NCBI GenBank assembly: GCA_964016885.1
Contig: OZ024741.1
Coordinates: 320,292,001 to 320,356,000, forward strand
Length of the DNA: 64,000 nt
Source: Eledone cirrhosa
Lineage: Eukaryota
Direction: 5' to 3'
Shown here piece after piece: positions 15,241 to 26,599 of this stretch. Below the pieces are notes generated by a model. That model ran no database searches. It saw nothing but the letters and a program-made list of their open reading frames with translations, and was not told where the DNA came from. The position numbers and the translations under genes were made by a program. The number at the start of each line of letters is the position of its first letter. Position 1 is the first letter of the stretch.

Positions 15241-15817
15241 TATTGTTTATCATTATCTATAAAAGGCAGATTGTTGTTGTTGTTGTTGAAGTGAGTGTGT
15301 GTTTGTATGCGTTTGGAAAAGAGGTTTTAAAAAAGATTTATCGCTTGTTGTTGAATAAATGTATCTGTTGCTTTTGAATAATTGTCGTTTCGTATGAAAT
15401 GTAATAATTTGAAGTATAAAAGAGAAAGTAGCAAAATGTGTGGGTTGTAGATAGAGGGTGGCAGATGATATGACAGGGTAAAACGGACAGTATCACCATC
15501 AAGCTTGGAAAGAGAAAGTAGCAGAAAGTATGAAGTTGTATAGATTTTGAATGGTAGCGGAAAGAGTTTAGCAGTTTAAATGACAGAGAAAAATCGTAAA
15601 ATATTGAGTTTTGTCTATTTTTTGCGTAATTGTGGGTGAAATTGAAAAAATGAGATGTGCCAAGACGCAATCGAAACTATTTCGAATACTGAATTGTAAA
15701 TTTCAATTGAAGAAATTCTATATCGTAGATTTCTATAAGAAAGGAGCATGACCACACACTGAGCTTTATAGATTATGATTATGGTTTAAGATTAAACGAT
15801 TTCATCGGGTATTATTG

Positions 15818-16000
15818 AATTGGCAGTATCGGTAGAGGGTTGGACGCCATGCTTTGACGCATAGAGTTACGGCCCTTGCCATTCTGAGTTCAAATCCCGC
15901 CGAGGTTAACTTTGCCTTTCATCCTTATGGGGTCGATAAAATAAAGTACCAGTAATGTACTGGATAATTGCTGGCCTTGTGCCAAAAGTAGAAACAATTA
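15818..16000 (+). mobile_element. tRNA-derived SINE, family 1
   Basis: TGGCAGTATCGG A-box-like, GAGTTCAAATCC B-box, conserved core, tail GGCCTTGTGCCAAAAGTAGAAACAATTA. Confidence 0.9.
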
Positions 16001-16129
16001 TTTGCAGAATTATATTATATAATTGAACCCAAACAGAGAACAGAAGAGAAAAGAGACAAAGAAATTGAAAATAGAAAATAGAAAATAGAGAATCATCTTG
16101 TTTTTGTGTGTTGTGCGGGGCAGAACAAA

Positions 16130-16328
16130 GGAGAGACACAAAAAATAAAAACCTAGTCACTGAGGAGGTCACAGAATGTGTGATAAAAGAGCTTTGAAAA
16201 TATATCAACAACCTTCTGGTTATCGAACCAACCAACCAACCAACTGGAAATCTATAATAAATTGAAGTGAAAACCAATAGATGCGTGTGTTTTTATTGGC
16301 AGCATGACTCTCCCAAAGTATAAGAATA
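16130..16328 (+). mobile_element. PLE family B-related terminal fragment
   Basis: Ends ATGACTCTCCCAAAGTATAA like 38781-38800; homologous to ~54930-55143. Confidence 0.6.
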
Positions 16329-16377
16329 TATGTACATATATATATGTATATATGTATATACATATATATATGTATAT

Positions 16378-16462
<85 letters not shown>

Positions 16463-17239
16463 GGAGTGTGCGTGTGTCATTTATATACTCATATCCCCAT
16501 TATGATAAAAGTAAGTAAAAAGCTCGACATAGGGGAGCTAATTAGTATTTCTGTATATTGTTCATGTAGACAATCCTTACATATACAAAGTAAGATTATC
16601 AATATATCAAGGTGTATTGAGAGTAAAGTTCTTTATTCATTGCTCCTTTATGATAAGTGTCAGCCAATTTACTTACATACATCATAATGGACAAACGAAT
16701 AACAAATATAACTTACACTACACACTGAAATATTGTTATTGCTATCTGTAAGCATTGTTTGTATGAATAAAATTCATGAGTGTTAAAATGCTTTCAAATA
16801 TCGAACAATTTAGTTTGCCTTTATGAAGAAAATAATTGAGTACTCACTCGCATGCCCGTCAATACTAAACGTATATACATACATGTGTTGTTGGAAACAA
16901 CAACAACAATAGCACCGGCAGCAAAAAGGCCAGAAAGGAACTGTTAGACCTGATCGGTGCCCTTTCTAGTTGTGGTGTGGACAATAAAAGCACTAGTAGC
17001 TGTGAAACCTCATAAACGCCAAACTCATGAAAATGATGACGAGAAGAAATATGAATTCAAACTGATAGGGAGGTGAAATTCCTGATGTGAGTCTCATTGA
17101 GTCAACCGGAGGTGAAGCCGTCGGGGCCAAGGCAAGTGTTCGGGAGTGGAGCTGTTAACAGCTTACCTCAGAGGGTACAGGTATCCACAGGTCCTCATCA
17201 TGCAGTTGTACCTCAAAATAAACAAGAGGTTTATAACCT

Positions 17240-17790
17240 CAGAAAAGTAATGTGACGCAATGAAACCGGAGGTAGAAGGAAATATAGCCAAGAATGTAAT
17301 AAAATCACAATGAAGTATCACATTCTTTCAACAGAAAGAGGAGTACTTGATGTGGGTGAACTGATGCTTCAGCAGTGGAAAAGGTTTGGAATGGGTGAGC
17401 TATTAGGTAGTAAGTGGACGGAAAGGGGAGATGAAAGGAACCCTGATGGAAGATAAGATTGGAAGATGATATAGCTGATCTCAGAAAAGATCTATGTAAA
17501 ATTGATGCATGGTATAGAGGTAGATGGAACAAGTGCAAAGTAGGGGAGCAACGACGCATGGACATGAAGTACAAAATAAAGATGAAAGGTTTAAATGTAC
17601 GGATGGAAGAATTAAGGCGAAATCTGATCGGGTTAGGCGCTATCAAAATAGACAAAAACAATACGAACAGAACCGATTGTACTCTGCAAATCAAGAAATG
17701 CTCATTAGAACGCTGTCGGGAAAAAATTGTTATCCAAGGGAAATGGAAATGTCGATAGAGCTTGTAGTGCGGGAATATAACAGCTAGCCT
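17240..17790 (+). pseudogene. Degenerate R4/Dong-like non-LTR retrotransposon fragment (pre-RT region)
   Basis: IADLRKDLCKIDAW...EELRRNL and VRRYQNRQKQYEQNRLY resemble the pre-RT region of R4/Dong ORFs; broken frames. Confidence 0.5.
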
Positions 17791-18015
17791 ATTTCGGTAC
17801 TTCCAAACAATGTCGTTATTTCCAGTGGTAACAACGGCATTGAGGCTAGCAAGGAATGTCCAGATTTATGCCCCACAATGTCTCCCCTCGTTATTCATGT
17901 ACACCGTGGATGGCAAGGGAGCCAACCCATTATCTGCTCATGGAGACTTAACCACTTAGAGTTATCATCCTTCTTCACAATAATAATATTCCTCATATAT
18001 ACAGTTACATAAGAC

Positions 18016-18051
<36 letters not shown>

Positions 18052-18058
<7 letters not shown>

Positions 18059-18181
18059 TAACAGATTAAAGTTTAAACAAAGAATCGCTGCTTTCACCCT
18101 AGGGTTCTTATATATTTGATTTGTATTTATCCTTATCGAGCCCTCTTTGGATTTTAGTCTTCACATATTTTTATTATTACT
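18052..18181. mobile_element. PLE family A terminal remnant with inversion junction
   Basis: 18052-18100 matches ~55319-55367 in the same orientation, then 18103-18180 is the reverse complement of ~55228-55303. Confidence 0.75.
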
Positions 18182-19134
18182 AAGTTTGAAGAACAGTCAG
18201 ACAAAATATATCCCATTTTTCTTCTCCTTAGTCCGCAGAAATTAACTAGATAAATAATTATTTATACGGAGCTAAGTTTAAAGTGTAACTTTGAAGAAAT
18301 AACAGATAAATGTCACCGACTATCCTCTGTGAGGAACAGTCAGATAAAATTTACCTAGTCTTTCCTCTTAACCCGCAGAAATTAACTAGACAAATAATTA
18401 ATGAAACGGAGGTAAGTCTAAAATGCAAGTTTGAAGAAAAAGTGTATATAAACTTTACCAAAGTTCTTCTAGTCCCGACTATCGATAGTTTCCCTCGTAC
18501 TTTGTGGAAATGTCCAATCCTGGTATAATCCATGAGGCTTCGAGCTTCTCAAGAGACTCCCTCAGTTAGGAGTAAATTTTCTACAGTGATCGCCGCCAGA
18601 AATGAATTCAAAAGGGGCTTAGAAGCAGTCAAAGTAGAAGGGTGTGAAGGATAGGCCGGATGGCAGGTAGGTTCACTGCTAGAAGGGTCAAACTTATAAT
18701 TTTAAATAGCTCTGATTAATAATTATTTCCTTAATTAATTTTTTCATAGAGCCACAGTGTGGAAGGAAGCCACACTGACATATGTATCTGTGACTATGTC
18801 TAAATATATACATATATATATCCCATATATATATGAGTATATAAGTATGTATGTGTGTATGTGTGTGTGTGTGTATACGTAGGTGCGTGAAAGAGAATAA
18901 TAATAAAGATTTGAAAATGTGCCTATTGTTTTTCCATATACAAGCACGTTTCATATACAAGCAACGAAAATAAATTAGCTCATACAAAATAAATCATAGT
19001 TATTTTTAAAATATCATTAGATTTTCACAAACAGGCATGACTGTCTTATTAGATTTTGCGTTAACCGATTTCTTTCAGACTAACTTTTCAAAGTTCCATT
19101 TTGATTTGTGCTGATATATAACTATATCTATATG

Positions 19135-19287
<153 letters not shown>

Positions 19288-19290
19288 ATA

Positions 19291-19918
19291 TATCACGATA
19301 AATTAACGGAGGCATAGGCCGTCGTTATTCCCTGTAAATAATGTGCTCAAAGGGGAAGAGATCCTGAGCCCTTTAGAATATAATATGTTGAGAAGGTAAC
19401 ACACCAGAGAGAGATATATAGTGCGTTATCAATAATACAGGGAAAAAACCACCAGTGTATGGAATCTATAACCTATGAAAGGCAGACTATAGACACGATA
19501 ATTAAAAATATAAATTAAAGCGTAAATAAATACCTCTATAACTATATTACACACGTACAAATCCAGAGATATGTTTCGCCAGAGAAATTGTTGAAAGAAA
19601 TGTTAGTCTCGGTTCATCAGCGTGTGTAAGGCTATACATCTCAGACAACACTAAGAGAATTTTACAATTGACTGTCCAGCCACACGTGGGAGAGAGAAGT
19701 CACAGCGTGTTTAAGGGCAGTGAACCAGTGGCCTCTGAGAGACGAACTGCTAGAAAGGGCAGCCCAAAGCCACTCAGAGAGAGTGCTCAACCAAACAGAG
19801 ATAGGAAAGGCTGTTGTTAGGAGCGAAATATCACGATAAATTAACGGAGGCATAGGCCGTCGTTATTCCCTGTAAATAATGTGCTCAAAGGGGAAGAGAT
19901 CCTGAGCCCTTTAGAATA
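19291..19918 (-). mobile_element. ~538-bp non-coding unit plus ~90-bp terminal repeat, with degenerate HHR (pLTR/retrozyme-like)
   Basis: 19291-19380 is repeated at 19829-19918. The minus strand has CTGATGA...GAAA at ~19568-19625. Confidence 0.7.
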
Positions 19919-19919
19919 G

Positions 19920-21900
19920 AATAATGTAATGGACAGGTTTCAGGTAGATGGCAATTACAATTCTTGTCATGGGCAACCTTGGCATTATTAGTGGGCTGCG
20001 ATGCCTGTACAAGTGTGTTGCGTCTTGTTTGCCTATTAGTGGGTGGTTGTGCATTAGATATTATGTTGCGTTCAATGGTAATTGTATTGTTATTGCTATA
20101 AATTTGTGTTCTGGTGTTGTTACGTATCTTTTTAACGTTAAGCATCTTAATGTGTGCCTCTATGTTTGGTGCCGTGGAGTAAGATAGTCTAATAGATTTA
20201 GTGTTAAGGATTTTGCTGTATCTATGTGAATCTGGAAAGTGCTTATTTATTATTCTAAAGAAGATAGAGGGTAGGTTAGTACTAATAGAGGTGTTAAATA
20301 TGGGGTTATACCAAATATATTTTCTACTGCATGACCTGCTTGATTTCGATGTTGTATTTCTATTTTCATTATAATTTGTAGTTCTATGCGTAAATGTGTG
20401 CGTGTGTGTGTTTCTGGAGTTTGTGTTATGCGTGTTCCTGTGTGCTTTGCGGAGGCTTTCATCTATATATTCTACTCTATCTAAGAGGCGTGCCTTGTTT
20501 AGTGCGGTATTGTAGTACTCTGCATGTTCCTCGAAGATTTGTTGGTTAGACGAGAGGCGGGAGATTTTAAGGGATATGCTGCGCGGAACGGATTTAATTA
20601 TGGATAGTGGGTGGTTCGAATTACACTTGATGTATGCTAAGTTTTCATTAATCTTGTGAAAAGGTCTTATAAGTCACGTATTTAGGTTAAGCATCGTGTC
20701 TAGAAAGTTAACTATTTTAGTTCTATATTCATACGTTATGCTAAGGCCCAGTTTCCCGATAGTCTTTCTAATATTCTTACGCAGTCTTTCTATGCTCTGG
20801 TTATTTAGGTTCTTAACTAGGAGAAGGGCGTCGTCTCTGTAGATTCTACCGTGAAGGTCGCTAAACTCCCTCTGTTAATTATGGGCTATGTAAATACCTA
20901 CTAAATCTGTGACTTGAGCCGAGTCATTAGCCCGTATCGTGATGTCGAAGTTATTTAATCTATCCTTACGTTCCCAATAGGCGTTTTCAAATTTAATTAT
21001 TGTTTTCCTAGCAGCTAATATAATTTTTATCTCGTCGTCTGTTAGGTCAGAATTGGCTTTGGCGAATGCTAAGGCTTTATCCAAGGTGTTGGGGGATATA
21101 GAGGAGTAATAGTCGTTAATGTCAAATTGTATAAACTTAGATACTTCTTTGTTAGCTATATTGTTAAACCATTTAATTGTTTCGGTAGTGTTACCCCATA
21201 GTTTAATTACTAGTTTATTGTTCATTTGTGCTATCACTCTGTCTAATATATGTTTACTAATTTTCCCAATGTCCGATTTGGACGGGCATATAAGTCTAAT
21301 TGTGGGATTCTAATCAAAATTTACCTTATGGTCCTTGAGATTAAATGTGGGGGTACTCGCCTAAGTGGCTCCGTTCTGTCGTCTATTCCTAGGTGTTTGA
21401 TTATATTGTGTGCCTCGTTGTTGATGTTTATTAGTGCCGTCTCGTTAGTTTTTTGTATTTCCTATGTAATTCCTTCCGTATGAAGCTATTGTATGTATTA
21501 ATATCCATCGCATACACCTTTGAGGTTTTGTCCGCTTTGACAATAATTCCATTGGTGGTTCGCAGCTTTTTAGGAATGTATTCATGTCAATCTGGAGTTT
21601 ATTATTCCTCCGATTTTTGAATTTGATATTCATAATCATCTTCAGTAAGTCCTGTTCAAAGGCATCCAGTTGAGGGTTGGTAGGTGGGTTCCTACATGAT
21701 TTGAAGCCGTATATTTCCTTGTTGCATTCTACGGTGCGACCGTTACGTCCTTTGTCGAAATGGAAAGTTTTCCATCTAACCCAGCGTATGAAGTCGTTTG
21801 TTCGCTGTATCACCCCGAGGGTATAATGCTTTCTCAAAGGTATAGGAATGTTCTTTAGGGACATACCTATGTAATGCTTTTCCATAGTAGCACTGTATAT
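19920..21900 (-). pseudogene. Degenerate Penelope-like retroelement ORF (RT, truncated in the CxC linker; GIY-YIG missing), related to family A
   Basis: MSLKNIPIP..YGFKS..FEQDL N-terminus, FIQFDINDYYSSI (motif A), DSAQVTDLVG (B), GRIYRDDALL (C), CNCHLPETCPL linker; several frameshifts. Confidence 0.88.
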
Positions 21901-21931
21901 TTAGGTGGTTGCTCAACCGATAAGGAGTCTA

Positions 21932-22354
21932 TAGTTAGGGAAGCAGAAAATTGCTTAATGTAATCCAGTTCGTGGTTAAGACAGCCAGTTTCATGGATGG
22001 TTTCAACGTACGGTTAGGGGTAACTCCAGAAGTTTGTAAGAATCACGTTCAATCTTGGAGTGTAAAGGATAAAAGAGAAAACACAGGTAAGCATTAAAAA
22101 AAAAGGATTTCATCTTGTTAAGAGTAACTTATTCACTATTTTGAAAATTTGGACGTGTACAACAATTATTATTGAGTGGCTGCTATTTGCAGTATAGCAA
22201 TATAAGGTTGCATTTACCAATGAAACGGTCGTAAATACCTGGATAAAATCCTTTTTTTTAATGCTTACCTGTGTTTTCTCTTTTATCCTAACCGTACGTT
22301 GAAACCGTCTTAACTACGAACTGGATTACATTAAGCAATTTTCTGCTTCCCTAA
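21932..22354. mobile_element. Fold-back copy of the 8501-type repeat
   Basis: Starts TTAGGGAAGCAGAAAATTGCTTAATGTAATCCAGTTCGT and ends with its reverse complement. Confidence 0.75.
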
Positions 22355-22366
22355 ATATATATATAT

Positions 22367-22469
<103 letters not shown>

Positions 22470-23059
22470 TGTAATGTCCACTTACTGTAGGTTCACCAGA
22501 TTGAGCACTCGATCCGTAGACTCCAGTAGGTATATATTGTATATATGTATGTATTAATTATGTCGGTATGTTTATATGAATGTATGTATAGTTAAGAGGT
22601 TGAATGGCAGCCGTTTCAACTTATTTCCACAAGTATTTTCAAGACTAATGTTTGCTTCTTTCCTTTCTTAGGTGTTTGGTCACTCAGCGTGCAAATAACT
22701 TGAGAAGTGCAGGGAAGATGTGCGAAATTAGGTCACTGGTTCCAGACATGTTTCGATCCGACGCAAGCATGAACCTTGAAGTAGATATTAGTTTGGTGTT
22801 GGAGTCTCCCTACTGTATTTGTGAACGGTCATTTTGTATAAGTGATAGATAATGAAAGAATATCACACTGAAGCTTGTGGAGGGGTCGGATAAAATAGAG
22901 TTTGAAGTGGACAAAGAAGGCGAAGAAGCAGAAATCTATATTGTACAGTGTATCTTTATACAGACACACACATACACACACATATACAAGTAACTTGTAG
23001 AATTGAACTCGTTGTATATGCATCTATGATTAATTATATAGATATATATATATACACGT

Positions 23060-23315
23060 GGAGGCACGGGGCCTAGTAGTAAGGGTGTTGGACTTACTAT
23101 CACAATGTCGTGGGTTCGATTCTTGGGTTGTGTTATGGTCTTGAGCAAAACAAATCCATTTCCTTTTGATACATATACTCAGCTGAAAATAAGTACCAGC
23201 AATAGCTGTGGGTTTAACCCTGCGTTGGACTGGCGTCCTGTCCAGGGGGGAGTCTAGCTATGAAACCGGGATAAGCACCGGCCAAATGAGCCTTCTGGCT
23301 GAAGGCAGGCTTAAG
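23060..23315 (+). mobile_element. tRNA-derived SINE with Meta-domain-like body
   Basis: GGCCTAGTAGTAAG A-box-like, GGGTTCGATTC B-box, AACCCTGCGTTGGACTGGCGTCCTGTCCAGGGG..GAAACCGGGATAAGC body. Confidence 0.7.
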
Positions 23316-23352
23316 ACTTTTAGATATATACACATAGTAACATATATGTTTA

Positions 23353-23423
<71 letters not shown>

Positions 23424-23456
23424 TTGTCTTTCTTTTCGTTCTATTTCTTTCTATCA

Positions 23457-23506
<50 letters not shown>

Positions 23507-23618
23507 GTTTGAATATGTGTAATAAAGCCAAAACAATGCAGGTATGGACATGGAAAAAAGAATGCAATTGTAAAAGATATTGTTGACAATTCGTCCTTTA
23601 CCTTAGATTTATTTAAAT

Positions 23619-23657
23619 GTCCTTAATTTTCGAGATAATATCTCTTCTTCAGAGGCA
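23619..23657 (-). ncRNA. Minimal type I hammerhead ribozyme motif
   Basis: Minus strand: CCT-CTGAAGA-A-GAGAT att ATCTC-GAAA-A-TTA-AGG. Intact core, 5-bp stem II, palindromic micro stem III, CCT/AGG stem I. Confidence 0.7.
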
Positions 23658-24645
23658 AATAAAGGTCTCAAACCAGCGTTCTAAATATCTTGCCAAGCTT
23701 GGCAAGATATTTAGAACGTTGGTTTTATCTATAGCAGTTTATATTAAATGGTAAATAATAGAAGAGTTGATAGAATTAAGACTAATAGAGAATGTTAATA
23801 TGTATTTTGACAATCAAACGGAGATGGAGACAGGCGTTCAATCCTGGTAGTATTTATAATATGAAAATCTAGATTTTAAGCGATAGTTACAGTATAACGA
23901 TCGCTCTATTCTGTTATTTAATAAAATGTTTTTGGATTTCATAATACAAAATAATTCCAAATTACATAATTTACAAAATTATAATATAAACTGCTATAGA
24001 TAAAATGAGATTTCTGATTTCTTAATTCAATTCCCTAATGCATATACCAGCTGGCTACTAGCATTGATCTTATTCAGTAGCAATCGAAATCTCCCCCTGC
24101 CCCAATTGACACTTTATAATTAATACTACTACACCAAATGACCAGCCCTGTCCAATGTCTAATGGGTCAAGTATAGATTAAAATTGGCACTCCCAAAAAT
24201 TCTTATTTAGATAAAATAAACCATTTACTCATCGTATTCTCATTAGAAACCCTTTATATACTTGTTTAGCAGTAAATTCAATTACCATCTGTCATATACT
24301 ATCCCCTCTCTTCTTCCTCTATTACTAATATAAATACTTCAATCTTTCTGATTTTATCCAATTTATCCAAAATCTCTGAAGAAGTGACAACTGTTTATAC
24401 ATTTGCTATCGAATACTTGCTAACATTATATGATTACGCAAGCAGCGGTACATAGGTATTCCGTCTGTTACAGAAACATATGTCAATACCTAATATATTC
24501 CTTTTTTAAAAAAAGCACTTTCATTTTATATTCATCTTTTCTACATTTTCTCCGGAATAGAATTTCTACTCGTTGAGCAAACCTACACGTACGCTGTTCA
24601 TCTCTAACGTAACGATATATTATCACTACATTATTGATAACCTGA

Positions 24646-24741
<96 letters not shown>

Positions 24742-25286
24742 GTATATATATATTTTAAATCGACAGTAATCGGATTTATGTATGGTTTTAATTCTTCAGA
24801 GGACAAGGAAAACATACAAAAAAGATAAGTTTTTGTGCTTTGACGCAATTATTTTGAAGTATATTTTACATATATTACCGTTTTGAACATGTTTATTTTC
24901 ACTGTATGATTCATTCATAGGAGACAACACATACACGTGCTTTCTATTTTTGTTTGTCTACCATACAGAGCATTTTTGTTTAACTTAAGCAGATCTTGTA
25001 TTAATTTTGATTTTTCTGAGTAACATAATTTAATTTGATATAATCTTGTTTGATTTTGTATAATCTTATCTGTATTTGACCCGATTTCGTTGTTTCTTGT
25101 ATGATATGCTGATATTGCAATAACTTCGTGTATTTGTAAACAGACATTTACATCGTGTTTCTATATCTCTATGTTTCCGGTTTCTTCCATTCATTAATTT
25201 AAATTTAAATTTAAAAATTTATTTTTGTATTTGTGAACTGCTGTTGCTCACGTTCTCACGCTGTCTCTATCTCTCTCCTTCCTTCC

Positions 25287-25332
<46 letters not shown>

Positions 25333-25397
25333 TCTCTCTCTCTCCCCCTCTCTCTCGATCAACGAGCTCTCTTTCTCCCTCTCTCTAGATCAACGAG

Positions 25398-25443
<46 letters not shown>

Positions 25444-25645
25444 TCTCTCTCCCTCTGACCCCCCCGACTCTTCCCGCTATCTCTCTCGCTCCCCTCTTCT
25501 GTCTCCCCCTTTTCTTTTCTTTTCTTCTGTTTCTCTTTCTTTTTCTCTCGCTGGAGTTATATCTCTATCTCCCTCCCTCACTCTGTCCCTCTCTAACCTC
25601 TACCCTACACCTCCCACTGTCTCTCTTTCTCCCCTCCACAGCGAA

Positions 25646-26599
25646 ATGGACTGCATGCAGGAAAAAAGTGAAATCAGGAGTCAGCGAAACTGGTCGAAGA
25701 TTGAACTAGCGGTTTTGATCAAGGGGTGGACTATGGCTGATGGGTCTCCACCAAGCAAAAAGATGGCGGAGAACCTGAAGAGCCATGGGTTTCTGAGGAC
25801 CCTGGTACAGATAGAGAGAAAGAGAAAAGAAATTGAGAAGGCGTATGTCCTCATAGCGCCTCATATGGCGATGCTAAGCCGTGTCCTCAGGGAGGAGAAA
25901 ACCGAAGGGAGGGATGAGGAGAAGGAGAGGGAAAAGGAAGAGGAAAAAGAGGGGGAAAAGGAAAAGGAGGAGAGCACAAGCACGGACCTGAAAGAAAATG
26001 ATATACCCTCCGCTACAGGCAGGGAGGGCAGGCCGGGCAACCAACAAGCTAAGGGCAAAGGTGAAAAGCGAAATCACCTTCCGAAGGAGAACCAAGCGCA
26101 GAGGGACCAGTGGACAACTGTTCAAAGAAAGAACAGAAAGCACCGAGACACTGGGAGCAAAAAAACCCAAGTAATGTGCAAGTTTTTCAAGAACGGGACA
26201 TGCTGGCATGGAGAGACAGGGATGGGATGCAGATTCGCCCACCCTAGGTCTCAAACGAACTATGCCCATCATACTCGCGCAACATGCCCCAGCCTAAGCC
26301 GAAATAAGCCGCTCCAGAAGTATGCTGATGTCGCGCGTGCTGCACCAACAAGGAGAAGGCACGCACATGCCGACGAGATACAGATGGCAGCAGCAGATCA
26401 GAAAATTTTTTTAGTGATGGCAGAGAAGATTGTGGGACAGCTGACCTGGCTGCATCGTCTCCAGAGCCAGGGTCATCCACACCAGCACTCGAGACCACCG
26501 CAGTTAAGGGACCCAGAGTGGCCGCCGCTGACACCAGACCAGGTGTCATACCGACAGCCATTACTGGCACCCCAAAAGTCACACCAGTGCTGCTGCTGA
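25646..26599 (+). CDS. LINE ORF1, 317 aa: Myb/SANT-like N-terminal region, acidic linker, CCCH zinc finger
   Basis: First ATG at 25646 (upstream in-frame part is a (TC)n tract). WSKIELAVLIKGW...LKSHGFLRTLVQIERKRKEIEKAY and CKFFKNGTCWHGETGMGCRFAH. Confidence 0.75.
   Translation: MDCMQEKSEIRSQRNWSKIELAVLIKGWTMADGSPPSKKMAENLKSHGFLRTLVQIERKRKEIEKAYVLIAPHMAMLSRVLREEKTEGRDEEKEREKEEEKEGEKEKEESTSTDLKENDIPSATGREGRPGNQQAKGKGEKRNHLPKENQAQRDQWTTVQRKNRKHRDTGSKKTQVMCKFFKNGTCWHGETGMGCRFAHPRSQTNYAHHTRATCPSLSRNKPLQKYADVARAAPTRRRHAHADEIQMAAADQKIFLVMAEKIVGQLTWLHRLQSQGHPHQHSRPPQLRDPEWPPLTPDQVSYRQPLLAPQKSHQCCC

Noticed and set aside
15818-16000. tRNA genes at SINE heads
   Set aside because: Only A/B boxes; no cloverleaf, and each continues into a multicopy SINE body.
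22652-22852. Possible host exon after a pyrimidine tract-TAG acceptor
   Set aside because: No recognisable protein similarity or partner exons; cannot be supported without RNA-seq.
25244-25645. N-terminal 134 aa of the 451-aa ORF as part of ORF1
   Set aside because: Non-ATG start and translation of a (TC)n tract; first ATG is 25646.
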